IMG/VR virus record: IMGVR_UViG_2914436621_000001
Coordinates: 1-64,000 of that record
Reading direction: 5' to 3' (one strand)
Length of the DNA stretch: 64,000 bases
Source: a virus
Lineage: Duplodnaviria > Caudoviricetes
The notes beneath the pieces were generated by a model. The model was not told the origin of the DNA. It ran no database searches and saw nothing but the letters and a program-made list of their open reading frames with translations. Shown piece after piece: positions 21,141 to 30,469 of this stretch. The position numbers and the translations under genes were made by a program. Numbering within the stretch: the stretch's first letter is position 1; each line of letters starts with the position of its first letter.

Positions 21141-21545
21141 TCACTCCAATGGATTGAGCACCTTAGGCGCATAAATCCAAAACTTGCATTGTTCCAGCTT
21201 TAAACTGGTTGGCGGTTGATAGTTCGGTTGTCGCTTCATTGGAAACGCCGCTTCAACCTTGCGTTTGGCGATCGCCAGCGCTGCATCACTGCTGAAATTA
21301 ACCAGCTCCACTACCCAGGAATAATCAGCAAACCTCTGCCCGCTCGACATAGGAGTTACATTCCCGTGGGGCACTGGCTGAATCGTGCAGCGCAGCCCCT
21401 TTGTTTCCAATACCGCAGGCACAACCGTGCCGCGCCAAATGGCAGGATTGCCGTTGTTGAAATCGCCCAACTCATCGACCAGAATCGTTTTTAGCTTGGC
21501 TTCTAGAGCCTCAAGTTCCAGGCGCAGTTGCTCTCGTTCGTCCAT
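21141..21545 (-). CDS. Tail terminator / head-tail joining protein
   Basis: Size and position just upstream of tail tube gene. Confidence 0.55.
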   Translation of the reverse strand: MDEREQLRLELEALEAKLKTILVDELGDFNNGNPAIWRGTVVPAVLETKGLRCTIQPVPHGNVTPMSSGQRFADYSWVVELVNFSSDAALAIAKRKVEAAFPMKRQPNYQPPTSLKLEQCKFWIYAPKVLNPLE

Positions 21546-21940
21546 TATTCAAACTCCAACGATTGAGATCTCTTCAGCTCGCCAGAGTCGTCAATGGTCT
21601 CCCAGTTGGGCGCGTCCTTATGCCGCTTCTTGCCCGTGCTCTTGATATCCCATTGGTGGTGTTCAATGGTCTCTTTAAAGCGATCGCCCAACTCTTCAGC
21701 CGTCGCTTCAAAGGCAGTATTGATATCGCCGTCGTATTTCTCAGCAAACAACTCTTCTAGGTTGGTCTCTGCAATCACCACTTCAGTCCACGGGCGATCG
21801 CGGTCTTTGAACCCTGTCAGGCTTGGCTCGCCGTTGTGAGTTTGCTCTGCGTGTTCAGCTCCCCAAATAAAGGTTGCTTTGCGATCGGTGATATCAGGCG
21901 GATTCCAGTTCAGTTCCATGGCTACTCCGGAATAAACCAA
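21545..21940 (-). CDS. Neck/tail completion protein
   Basis: RPWT and IDDSGELKRSQ motifs typical of HK97 gp10-like neck proteins. Confidence 0.55.
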   Translation of the reverse strand: MVYSGVAMELNWNPPDITDRKATFIWGAEHAEQTHNGEPSLTGFKDRDRPWTEVVIAETNLEELFAEKYDGDINTAFEATAEELGDRFKETIEHHQWDIKSTGKKRHKDAPNWETIDDSGELKRSQSLEFE

Positions 21941-22317
21941 CCGACAATCTTGGTGCCTGTCGCCTGCTCAACGATCGCCCCAATCCCTTCTCTGCCATAG
22001 GGTGGGTTGATTAGCACTAGGCGAAATCTTCCTGACCTGCGGTTGAATGTCAGCGTTGCTTCGGTCTCTTCAGTGATATTCAAAGGCAAAATCATTGGCG
22101 TAATGCAATGCCCTTCCAGGGCGATCGCGTCTCGCTCCACTTGTGGATCGTGCTGCAATAGCCGCTGCGTCGATTCGCTAGCCAGCTTCAGCTTGGCAGA
22201 AACGCTCCGCTGGTTGCAGACAGGCGCAGAGTTGCCAAATTCGTCAGCCTCGCTATCTTCACCCAGCGTCTCGAAGACAATCTGAGCATTCTCAAACCCT
22301 GCAAATACGCCGCTCAT
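21922..22317 (-). CDS. Head-closure-type protein
   Basis: DEFGN motif, size and position. Confidence 0.5.
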   Translation of the reverse strand: MSGVFAGFENAQIVFETLGEDSEADEFGNSAPVCNQRSVSAKLKLASESTQRLLQHDPQVERDAIALEGHCITPMILPLNITEETEATLTFNRRSGRFRLVLINPPYGREGIGAIVEQATGTKIVGWFIPE

Positions 22318-22354
22318 GCGATTCCTCTAACGGATCGCCTCAGAGTTCCCAACC

Positions 22355-22380
22355 ACTCAGTCCGGAATTCCGGACTGAGT
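22355..22380. repeat. Palindrome family B: ACTCAGTCCGGAATTCCGGACTGAGT
   Basis: Perfect 26-bp palindrome; other copies at 44048 and 32085. Confidence 0.9.
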
Positions 22381-22387
22381 TGCCAAT

Positions 22388-22415
22388 AAAAAAGCGCCTT
22401 TGGCAAAAAGGCGCT
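22388..22415 (-). terminator. Intrinsic terminator
   Basis: AGCGCCTTT-TTGCC-AAAGGCGCT followed by T-tract on minus strand. Confidence 0.65.
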
Positions 22416-22433
22416 CCCCTTAATATCTAGCTT

Positions 22434-22838
22434 CTATTTGGATACCCATTTTTTGAGTGACAGTAGCGCGGCATCATATCCTGCTTTGGCTGATGCCGGA
22501 TCGATTTGCCCTATTTCATCCTCGATCGCCTCAAACCCCTCTGGCACAATCAACGCATTGTCGAGCGATCGCTGCAACTCCAGTAGGGAGGCGATCGGCA
22601 CAACCTGCCCGGTGAACTTCACATCATCGGCCTCTTTGATGGTCTGATCGCGGCGCGACTGCTGCAAAAATCGTGCTGCGACGTAGAAGGGGCGATACTC
22701 TATCCCGTTGTCAGCCAGCCGAATGCCAGACGACATCTCCAATAGTTCAGTGAGATACAGGTCATCCGCCGTGGATGCCGCCGCCCTTTCCCTGGCACGC
22801 TTGAGCGCAATCTGGATGTCGCCGTATCCCACCATCAC
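22434..22838 (-). CDS. Head-tail connector-region protein
   Basis: 134-aa ORF, YRPFYVAARFL, position. Confidence 0.55.
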   Translation of the reverse strand: MMVGYGDIQIALKRARERAAASTADDLYLTELLEMSSGIRLADNGIEYRPFYVAARFLQQSRRDQTIKEADDVKFTGQVVPIASLLELQRSLDNALIVPEGFEAIEDEIGQIDPASAKAGYDAALLSLKKWVSK

Positions 22839-23317
22839 GCCTCCAATGTTTGATAGACCAGAATTGCAGCCACCGCTGCCTTAATATTTCGCGTCTGTGG
22901 CGTATCCTCAGCAAAATCGAATCCCGCCGTATACGTGGCGCGAATCTCAGTGGCGATCGCCAGTCCTCCAGCCAATTGCAGCCGCCCTGTTCCGTAGTCC
23001 AGGTCATAGCCGTCCACCGGTACCACTTGCCAAGCCGAGATGGGATAGAGCCGCCCAAACCCATCCTTGTGCCCACCGCATCTGGCTTCAATCTTGGGTT
23101 CCGGCAGTTCTGCGATCGGAATTCGAGACAGGTAACAACTCTGTGCTGTTATGTGGAGCTGTTTGACTTCAACATGGCCCTGTAGTTCCAGCGGACGGTT
23201 TGCACCTTTGCTGGATTCAGCCGTCATTTGAGAGCGAGCGATCGCCGCTCTCAATGCCGAGCCAGACAGCTTCACCTCTGGAAACCAGAGCGCCTTATCG
23301 CCAGGGGTCAAGATCAT
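22835..23317 (-). CDS. Head-tail adaptor-like protein
   Basis: IRATYTAGF....P..IKAAVAAI motif typical of gp6-like adaptors. Confidence 0.65.
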   Translation of the reverse strand: MILTPGDKALWFPEVKLSGSALRAAIARSQMTAESSKGANRPLELQGHVEVKQLHITAQSCYLSRIPIAELPEPKIEARCGGHKDGFGRLYPISAWQVVPVDGYDLDYGTGRLQLAGGLAIATEIRATYTAGFDFAEDTPQTRNIKAAVAAILVYQTLEA

Positions 23318-24012
23318 GCGGATTCGTAGGCTCCTGCCGCCATAAATGTAATCTGACTATTCAGCAGGCCGAGACTGGTCAGGCCATAGGTGACCAATCC
23401 CGTAACACTGCCTGCAACCTTGGAACCCACCTCTAGATAACCCGTCCCACCCCGAACAAACCCCGTGTTCCCTGCCAATCCCAGTGACCCCTGCACCGTC
23501 GTGCCCGTCAGCTCCACGTCACCCAGGAGGGCGATCGCCTGTTTCGGCAGGCTAATTCTGAGCGTGTCGGTCAGCCCGGTCTTGCTAATCTGGGTGGTCT
23601 TGAAACTGCAATAGAACAGCACAATTTTGCCCAACTCGGCATATCGACCCACCCGGTTAGCGTAGGTCACGGTTGGATTGCTGGACGCTCCAAGCAGCGT
23701 TGGGCTGTAGTCAGTCCATTTAAAGCTGTTTTGGATGGTGGCAAGCAGGGCAGTCAGTTGGGCGATCGCCTGTTGCATGTTGGCGATCGATGTACTCATA
23801 CCCGTTTCCATGCCGGAGACGAAGGCTGCCATTTGGGCAATCTCTTGCTGTGTATGGTTTGCCGAAGCGCCCGCATTCTGCTGCAAGCCCACCAGCAGGG
23901 CGGCGAGTTGGTCGATCGCTGCCTGTGTGCTGGTTGCTGATAGAGGACTGCCTGGAATCGGCTGATACATCTGAGCGGCTGCCGGAACGCTGCCAGGATT
24001 GCTGAGCGGCAT
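23314..24012 (-). CDS. Head fibre/decoration-like protein
   Basis: Coiled-coil then WTDYSPTL....GRY..LG..V fibre-head-like domain. Confidence 0.55.
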   Translation of the reverse strand: MPLSNPGSVPAAAQMYQPIPGSPLSATSTQAAIDQLAALLVGLQQNAGASANHTQQEIAQMAAFVSGMETGMSTSIANMQQAIAQLTALLATIQNSFKWTDYSPTLLGASSNPTVTYANRVGRYAELGKIVLFYCSFKTTQISKTGLTDTLRISLPKQAIALLGDVELTGTTVQGSLGLAGNTGFVRGGTGYLEVGSKVAGSVTGLVTYGLTSLGLLNSQITFMAAGAYESA

Positions 24013-24014
24013 GG

Positions 24015-24371
24015 CTAGCTGCACTCCTCTCCAGTGACTGCACCAGTTCCCGCCCAGACGCTGACAACGCCTCGATACAAATTAGTGGAGTTGATCTCGT
24101 ACACACCCCCATTGGCTTTGAGGATAATGCCACGATTCGACCCCATTGGATCGGTTGTGGGGCCACGATGCAGCACGATGTCGTCACTGCCATTGTTGAT
24201 AAAGATCGCCGAAGTTCGGTTTGGGTTGGCAGGCAGCACAACCTTAGCGTTGCCAACGCTAAGCACTTCTATAAAGGTGGCGCAGGTGTTGACAATCAGC
24301 GCTCCGCCGCTCCCACCGGTTTGAAGGTTCCGGGCGATTTGCTGGAGGTAATGGTTATCGGTTTCCGACAT
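24015..24371 (-). CDS. Phage structural hypothetical protein
   Basis: LPANPNR..AIFINNG...GI.LKANGG motif. Confidence 0.6.
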   Translation of the reverse strand: MSETDNHYLQQIARNLQTGGSGGALIVNTCATFIEVLSVGNAKVVLPANPNRTSAIFINNGSDDIVLHRGPTTDPMGSNRGIILKANGGVYEINSTNLYRGVVSVWAGTGAVTGEECS

Positions 24372-24372
24372 C

Positions 24373-24615
24373 TCACCTCTCCAGCCGTGGGCATTCAGGT
24401 TCGGCGATCGCGCACATCAATTCGCCATACAAATCAGTGCGAATCTTCTCACCGCAGCGAGGACACTGATTGTCATGGGGCGGATAGATGCACTCTGAAT
24501 CAACGATGGCGATCGCTGGCTCAACATCAGAGGATTCGTCAGATTCAGACGGCTCAATGTCCGAATCTACCTCTTCAGGCGGCAAGGGTGCGGTTTGTCT
24601 TTTACGTTCTGCCAT
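24373..24615 (-). CDS. Small acidic protein with CxxC zinc ribbon
   Basis: CPRCGE...C....C; directly after capsid gene. Confidence 0.55.
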   Translation of the reverse strand: MAERKRQTAPLPPEEVDSDIEPSESDESSDVEPAIAIVDSECIYPPHDNQCPRCGEKIRTDLYGELMCAIAEPECPRLER

Positions 24616-24623
24616 TGCAGCCT

Positions 24624-26441
24624 CTACAAAGTGACATCTACTGTACGAACGTCAATCACCCGCAACTGTTGCGGCACAGTGCTGGCATCAGAGTAGCCAG
24701 TTGGGTCAACGTCCAACGGACAGAACCCTTCCTCCGATCGCCAAATATAAGAGTCACTGCGCTGAAAATCATCATCATTGGAGCGGCGAATCTCCATCTC
24801 CTGACCCACGCCACGCCCAATCGTGTCCGAGCCAAATGCATAGGATGTACGGGTTGCCCTGCTTCCAGCACCCAACGTTTCAGTCTGCACACCCTCTGTG
24901 CCAGGAGCGCCCATCGAGAAGGCGTTGGTTTCAAAGATATGGAAGTTCGATATCTTGCCCAGGTAGCCACTAACCTTGCCCATCTCGCCACTGTTGGCAG
25001 TGTTGAGGATGTTAGTAACTTCTTCAATTGACTGCTCCGAGGGGAACTGGAAGCGGTTGCCGAGGGATTTACGAACCTGCGATCGCCCTTTGGAATGAGT
25101 CGCCATACCATAACAGCCATCCTCATAGGTTGGGATCTGTAAGCCGCGCATGTAGCTGTACAGCTCATCCATGAAACCCTCGGTCAACGTGCCGTCATCC
25201 CCTGCGCCTACATCACCTGGCGTTGCTGTGACGGAGCTGCGATCGTTGTAAACCACGCGGCTCGTCGGGTCCCATAATCCACGAATCGTCAGGTCTTCCC
25301 ATACCTGATAGTCATAGTTGAGGTTGCGATCGAGCACCTGTTCCAAGTCCAGCAGCGAGTTAGCGGAGACAAACTGCGGAATCAGAATCGGCGGGGAGTT
25401 GTTATCCAGTCCCAGTCCCCACTCTTCCAACACACAGGAGACGCTGCCCTGGGTCAAGCCCTGGCGCGAGTTGGTGATTCGGGCATAGGTGCCAGAACCG
25501 CTGAGCTTACGAGCCGCACTGTTGGCAGGCGCAGAGTTGTAGGCAAATCGAGGGATCTTGACCGTATCCCCCTGGCCCTTACCCATGTCCAATTTCACCT
25601 TTACAAACTGGTGAAAGATGAAGCTGGGAGTGTGCGTCAGCCGCATCACAGTGCTGAGATAGGCCAGGAATCCATCAGGAATCGTGACCTTGGTCGTGTT
25701 GTCTCGCCCCATACCCGATCGCAACAGTCCATTTGCCTTGGCGAACTGCTCCATATCCTTTCGCACAGCAGCGGCATTGTCGCGCACAAACCGCTTCAGA
25801 TTGGTGTAGTCCTTGGAAACAACGATCTGACCCTGCGTGTTTTCGTGGCTGTACTTCGGGGTCTGATCCGAATTTTCCAGGATGTCGAAAAAGTCTGCGG
25901 CAGCACCGGGGGCTTTATCCGATCGCGTCGATGTAACTGTGTTGACCATGACTGTGGTGCGATCGCCACCACTCGCCACCGGGTTAGCACTCCCCATCAC
26001 CTGAAACACTCCTGCTAGCCGTGAAGCCTCGTCTTTTGCCGACTGCAACTGCTGTGTCGTCGCGTCGAGCTGCGCCTGGGTTTGGTCGAGCCGCTCTTGA
26101 ATTGGCGCGATCGCCTGGTTAACAGCGGTGTTGATGCTGTCGCCGAGTAAAGCCTGTAGCTCCTCTGGCTTCAACGTCACCATCTGCGGTAGTGGCTGAC
26201 TGTCCGTCGCTGGCTGTCCATTGGCGCTATCGCTGCCCGTTACAGAAACAGGTGTGGCGGGTGTTTCTGTTGCAGTGTCAGACTGTGCTGCCGTGTCGCC
26301 ACTGCCATTGGGTCGCTTCAACTTGTCATTGTTGAGCGCATTGATCGCGTCTTTCTCGGAGCTACCAGCGGCGATCGCATCGCTTCCGGTGGTTTTAGTC
26401 GTTCTAGCGGAGGAAGTTCTCGGTTTGGTTGCCATATTCAA
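24624..26441 (-). CDS. Major capsid protein with N-terminal scaffold-like coiled coil
   Basis: 605 aa; low-complexity/coiled-coil N-terminus; KGQGDTVKIPRF and GEMGKVSGYLGKISNFHIFETN HK97-fold-like motifs; position after protease. Confidence 0.8.
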   Translation of the reverse strand: MNMATKPRTSSARTTKTTGSDAIAAGSSEKDAINALNNDKLKRPNGSGDTAAQSDTATETPATPVSVTGSDSANGQPATDSQPLPQMVTLKPEELQALLGDSINTAVNQAIAPIQERLDQTQAQLDATTQQLQSAKDEASRLAGVFQVMGSANPVASGGDRTTVMVNTVTSTRSDKAPGAAADFFDILENSDQTPKYSHENTQGQIVVSKDYTNLKRFVRDNAAAVRKDMEQFAKANGLLRSGMGRDNTTKVTIPDGFLAYLSTVMRLTHTPSFIFHQFVKVKLDMGKGQGDTVKIPRFAYNSAPANSAARKLSGSGTYARITNSRQGLTQGSVSCVLEEWGLGLDNNSPPILIPQFVSANSLLDLEQVLDRNLNYDYQVWEDLTIRGLWDPTSRVVYNDRSSVTATPGDVGAGDDGTLTEGFMDELYSYMRGLQIPTYEDGCYGMATHSKGRSQVRKSLGNRFQFPSEQSIEEVTNILNTANSGEMGKVSGYLGKISNFHIFETNAFSMGAPGTEGVQTETLGAGSRATRTSYAFGSDTIGRGVGQEMEIRRSNDDDFQRSDSYIWRSEEGFCPLDVDPTGYSDASTVPQQLRVIDVRTVDVTL

Positions 26442-26556
26442 GAGGGTGGTGCAATTGCTCCCCTTAAATTGCCCGATCGCCTTCTATCCCCTGTTAGTTT
26501 TGAGAAGATGATGCATACTCTGATATATCATCTGATGCGAATTATGTAGTTTCAGT

Positions 26557-26796
26557 ATGGAAGCCGAAGCCGAGCAGATTGAATACTCTGAATTGATCCG
26601 TCAGATGCGCTGGCGGCTCGGACTGACTCAGGAAGATCTCGCCATCAAGCTAAAAGTGAGACTCGTAACGGTCAACCGTTGGGAAAACGGGCACACCTCT
26701 CCGTCTCGCATGGCATTCGATCGCATTGAAACAGTACTGAGTGAGATGGGCGATCGCGGTCGTGACCTGCTAGACCGCTATTTCATCTCAGACTAA
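26557..26796 (+). CDS. XRE-family HTH regulator
   Basis: IRQMRWRLGLTQEDLAIKLKVRLVTVNRWENG. Confidence 0.9.
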   Translation: MEAEAEQIEYSELIRQMRWRLGLTQEDLAIKLKVRLVTVNRWENGHTSPSRMAFDRIETVLSEMGDRGRDLLDRYFISD

Positions 26797-27512
26797 ATCC
26801 TTGAGCCTGTAATCACGCCAGCGTTCGGCGCGGCTGGCGTTGCCACCAGGCTGATTTCAAGTAAATCAATTAGTCCAATCCGCTCATAGTAGGGAGCGGT
26901 CAGCTTCCGCACCTCTGGGTCATTCAGATCCATCCAGGGATTCGGAATCAGGTGAGGACATTTCTCGTCGGCAAAAGAGGTCTTGCAGTGCGGACAGCCC
27001 AACATCGTGAAGTTGAACCCGCCGACGCTTACCTCGCGCAACCGACCAAACCGTAGCCCTTGGATAACAGAACTGTTCAGTTCAAAGTAGATATTGCAAA
27101 CAGTCTGCACCAGGCCGTCGCGATCGACAATCTTCTTGTTCCAGGCAAAATAACCGGCGCGATCGAGCACTTCTTTAGGAGCCGTGGCGCTCTTCTGGAC
27201 TTCCGCCTCCAACACGCGCCCAACTACCTTGCCCACATCACCCCAGTCATGATCGAGCGTTGCCGGGAGTCCTGGCAGCATGTCAGCCATCTTGTAGAGG
27301 TCTGGCTCTGTCCAGGTGCCAATGTTGCGGGTCACCAAATTATTAGCGGCCACGAACGATAGAACGATGACCTCATCAGCCGTCAGCGGCTCCATGCCCT
27401 GCGGCACATGTTGATTGATTAGTTCAAGCTGGCGATCGCTCGGTCGAATAGAAGCGGCGATCGCGGGTTGGCTGGAGACAGCATCATTGGCAGGAACGAA
27501 ACGCTTAGACAT
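26793..27512 (-). CDS. Prohead protease
   Basis: LDHDW, REVSVG and LLEISLVATPA catalytic-type motifs of phage maturation proteases. Confidence 0.75.
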   Translation of the reverse strand: MSKRFVPANDAVSSQPAIAASIRPSDRQLELINQHVPQGMEPLTADEVIVLSFVAANNLVTRNIGTWTEPDLYKMADMLPGLPATLDHDWGDVGKVVGRVLEAEVQKSATAPKEVLDRAGYFAWNKKIVDRDGLVQTVCNIYFELNSSVIQGLRFGRLREVSVGGFNFTMLGCPHCKTSFADEKCPHLIPNPWMDLNDPEVRKLTAPYYERIGLIDLLEISLVATPAAPNAGVITGSRI

Positions 27513-27549
27513 GACGGCAGTGAGTAAACTGCCGTAGCATTCCTACCCA

Positions 27550-28230
27550 TCAAAATGGGCTGCGATAATCCGGCTCCTGTAGTGGCTTGCCATCCTCCCA
27601 ATCGGGGCAACTATCCTCTTCAGCTCCATAGGGATGCATTCCACAAACCAACATGTTGCCGCCATAGACGCGACCGTGATAGTGGCAACAGCCCTGGCAG
27701 GATTCAGGCTGAGGCGGCTTCTGGCTAGTTACTATGCGCCCAACAAAAGAAAAGCCATAGGTTGTTATATCCACATAACACCCCTCCTCATGCTCATAGG
27801 TGTGCTGTGGAACGATGTTGTATTCAAGCGTTGTGAGTGGCGATCGCCCTCCACTAAGCCATTGCCTTCTACCGGTTCGGAATTCGTAAATTCGTTCTCC
27901 ATTCTCAATGGACACGAACGATTCGATGAGATTGAGGCAAATCGTCAGTGTGGCGCGGCGATCGCCCCAATATGAACTACCAAATTCAAACTCCAGAATG
28001 TCACCAATGATTCGCAGATCATCAATCATTGGATGCGGCCTATCACCGGAAACCGCACAGCGTTGATGGGCGGTTGGGTGCAGCATAACAATAGCAACAG
28101 CAGTATGAAGACGCACTCGGGAGGCAGGGATTTCGACTGAGCGATCGCCCTCAGAAACCCTGGCCGTCATCACTGATTCAGTACAGCGAATCGTCCAATT
28201 CTGCTCGGGGTGCGGTGGAAGAACTGCCAT
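27550..28230 (-). CDS. Hypothetical protein with C-terminal DUF6464-like Cys/His domain
   Basis: CQGCCHY...VCGMHPYG...CPDW. Confidence 0.55.
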   Translation of the reverse strand: MAVLPPHPEQNWTIRCTESVMTARVSEGDRSVEIPASRVRLHTAVAIVMLHPTAHQRCAVSGDRPHPMIDDLRIIGDILEFEFGSSYWGDRRATLTICLNLIESFVSIENGERIYEFRTGRRQWLSGGRSPLTTLEYNIVPQHTYEHEEGCYVDITTYGFSFVGRIVTSQKPPQPESCQGCCHYHGRVYGGNMLVCGMHPYGAEEDSCPDWEDGKPLQEPDYRSPF

Positions 28231-28239
28231 ACAAGCCCT

Positions 28240-28928
28240 CTATGATGCCTTTAAATGGTGGGAAATCCTGTGTCCGATCATGCCCCATCGCCGACTCAGC
28301 ATGTCGCCAGGCTTCTCTTTAGCAAACTCCTTGGTGCATTTGCAGGATGAGCCACAGGTACAGCGATCGCCCGGATTGGGTAGCGATCGAATGGCTTGCC
28401 AACCCTGAGCCGCATAGTCAATGCAGGGTGAGCAACTGTCTCTTGCATGGCGCAACCGCCGCTCCCAGTTATAGCCATCCTGCGCGTGGGATTCAGTGCG
28501 TGCCAGCTCATAGGCGTGTCGGGTATCAGCCGCATACAGGTTGAGCCGTTGCCACAACTGGCCTTCGGTGAGCTTCCCCGCAATCAAATCTTCACTGAAT
28601 CCCCGCAGATAGCGATACTGCTCTTTCAGCCGTTGCCCAATCAGCCCATAATCTCGCTGATTTAAACGGCCACTACCGCCTTTTCCGATCGCATACTGGT
28701 TGATTTCAATGGTTTTCAGCGTCTTGGCGGTTGCTTCCTCCCAGGTTCCAACGCTAATTTTGCGCTTCAACAGCAGATTGCCGATGGTTTTCAGGTCATC
28801 TTTGGCCTGTCGAATCGTCTTCTGGGTCAGAGCATCGACTGCTTCTTTGCTGAGGAACTGCCCCTTCCCCGCGCCGCTGCTGATCCGATAGCGCTGGCTG
28901 TTGCGATCGAACTTAAATTCATTCGCCA
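28240..28928 (-). CDS. Minor head (Mu gpF/SPP1 gp7-like) protein
   Basis: C-terminal CSPC...C.CG..CKC; follows portal. Confidence 0.65.
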
Positions 28929-29110
28929 TCGATCGCATCCAATAGGTTGATGTACTCTTCATCGGGTGGATTATCCTTCCACTCCGTCGCAGCTGCGTCT
29001 ACGTCAACATCTGTGACAGTGGCGATCGCTAGGAGATCCTCAAGGTCGGGTAGTGATTCGTCAGAAAATTCAAGTCTCGGTTTCTCGGTCATGGCGATCG
29101 CCTCGGTCAT
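28919..29110 (-). CDS. Small acidic hypothetical protein
   Basis: 63-aa ORF coupled to neighbours. Confidence 0.55.
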   Translation of the reverse strand: MTEAIAMTEKPRLEFSDESLPDLEDLLAIATVTDVDVDAAATEWKDNPPDEEYINLLDAIDGE

Positions 29111-29123
29111 TTTTCAATCCTCA

Positions 29124-30431
29124 TTAATAACGAGCGGGCTTCCTTCGAGAAGAGGCTTTGGGTTTTCTGCCATTGGTCGCTCCGTTGCTTGGTGTGGATT
29201 CCTCTTCGCTTTCGCTCTCCTCGTCTGGAGCCGCTTGCGCTGCTGCTGCCATCGGGTCGGTGAGCAGCACTGGATAACTGAGCTGATACTTGCCGCGCTC
29301 TAGAAACGCCTCGTAGCCTAGCCGCAGAATCAATTCTGTGTTGAGGATTTGCTTGATGCCGGGGGTGAGGACGAGCGATCGCAGAGAATTAATGTATCGG
29401 GCATAAGCTTTGGCGGGTTGGCCGCTGATGTCCTTCGCCCCATCAATTTTGAACCCGGCATAGCGCCATAGCGGGATCTGAGCAGGCATAATCAGCCGCG
29501 TGCGCCGAAACAGCACATTATCTGCCAGCGCAGAGAGGTTGGGATTGTAGTTCGCCAGTTTGCGAATGTCGCCACCCGCCAGCGTGTAATAGTTCGTGAT
29601 CACGCCATCTTCCAGACGCGCCTCATGGTCTTGCTGGTAGGCATCCTTGTAGTCACCCTCAACTCCCTCTGGCATCTCATGCACGTTTGGATTAATCCCC
29701 AACTCCCGCGCCGCTGTTGCCATGTCGGCAGTCCCCTCCTTCAGCTTCTGCCAATCATCGCCGGATTGTCGCCAGATGGATTGTCCATAGAGCGTCTGCC
29801 TGCGGTGACGAAAATGCACAATCTGTGGCGGATAAAAATAGTGGAGCGGCTCTCCTTGCAGCCTCACCCGCTGTTCGTAGCCCAACAGCAGGCCGTTATC
29901 TTCTTCGAGTCGAAACATCGTCCAGGTCGGCAGCGCCAATGTTCGGCTGATGCCCAACTGCCCCTTGCGTGTTCCGTCGCGATCGATTCCAATCGAGAGG
30001 AATGCATCGCCATCGCCTAAGGCGCGATCGATGATTTGCCCCAGCGTCGCAATATCGAGCACGTCTAGACGGTTGAACAAATCAGTGCAGATCGCCTTCA
30101 CGTCCGGGTCTACAGGCGTTTCATCGTCTTCCAGAGTGTCGGAGATGGTCAATCCCAATGAGTCGCCATTCTCCGAGCCGAGAATGTCATCTCGCAGGAT
30201 TGAGAGCGTTGTGGCGACTTCCGGGCACCAGGTTCGCATTTCAACCAATTGCCGCGCCAGTAAATAATCCCTAACCACCACCTCTTGAATTTCTAAATCG
30301 AAGTTTCGGTGGTGAATGGTGGCAGTCGCATTTCGTCTAGGTCGCTGCGTGCCGGTGATGGTCGTCGGACGGCTAAAGCCAAGCGCTCTGCCGATGACTT
30401 GAATGATGTTTGGTCTGCCGGGGGTAAGCAT
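29124..30431 (-). CDS. Portal protein
   Basis: GDAFL, QIVHFRH...LYGQS motifs; follows TerL. Confidence 0.85.
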   Translation of the reverse strand: MLTPGRPNIIQVIGRALGFSRPTTITGTQRPRRNATATIHHRNFDLEIQEVVVRDYLLARQLVEMRTWCPEVATTLSILRDDILGSENGDSLGLTISDTLEDDETPVDPDVKAICTDLFNRLDVLDIATLGQIIDRALGDGDAFLSIGIDRDGTRKGQLGISRTLALPTWTMFRLEEDNGLLLGYEQRVRLQGEPLHYFYPPQIVHFRHRRQTLYGQSIWRQSGDDWQKLKEGTADMATAARELGINPNVHEMPEGVEGDYKDAYQQDHEARLEDGVITNYYTLAGGDIRKLANYNPNLSALADNVLFRRTRLIMPAQIPLWRYAGFKIDGAKDISGQPAKAYARYINSLRSLVLTPGIKQILNTELILRLGYEAFLERGKYQLSYPVLLTDPMAAAAQAAPDEESESEEESTPSNGATNGRKPKASSRRKPARY

Positions 30432-30469
30432 GGCAAATGGTTGAAGACTGCATCTAGCTTGCCCTGAGA

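Noticed and set aside
24168-25031. Long plus-strand ORFs opposite structural genes (also 11588-12358, 8871-9476, 5660-6265)
   Set aside because: They are antisense shadows of well-supported minus-strand genes and have no recognisable motifs
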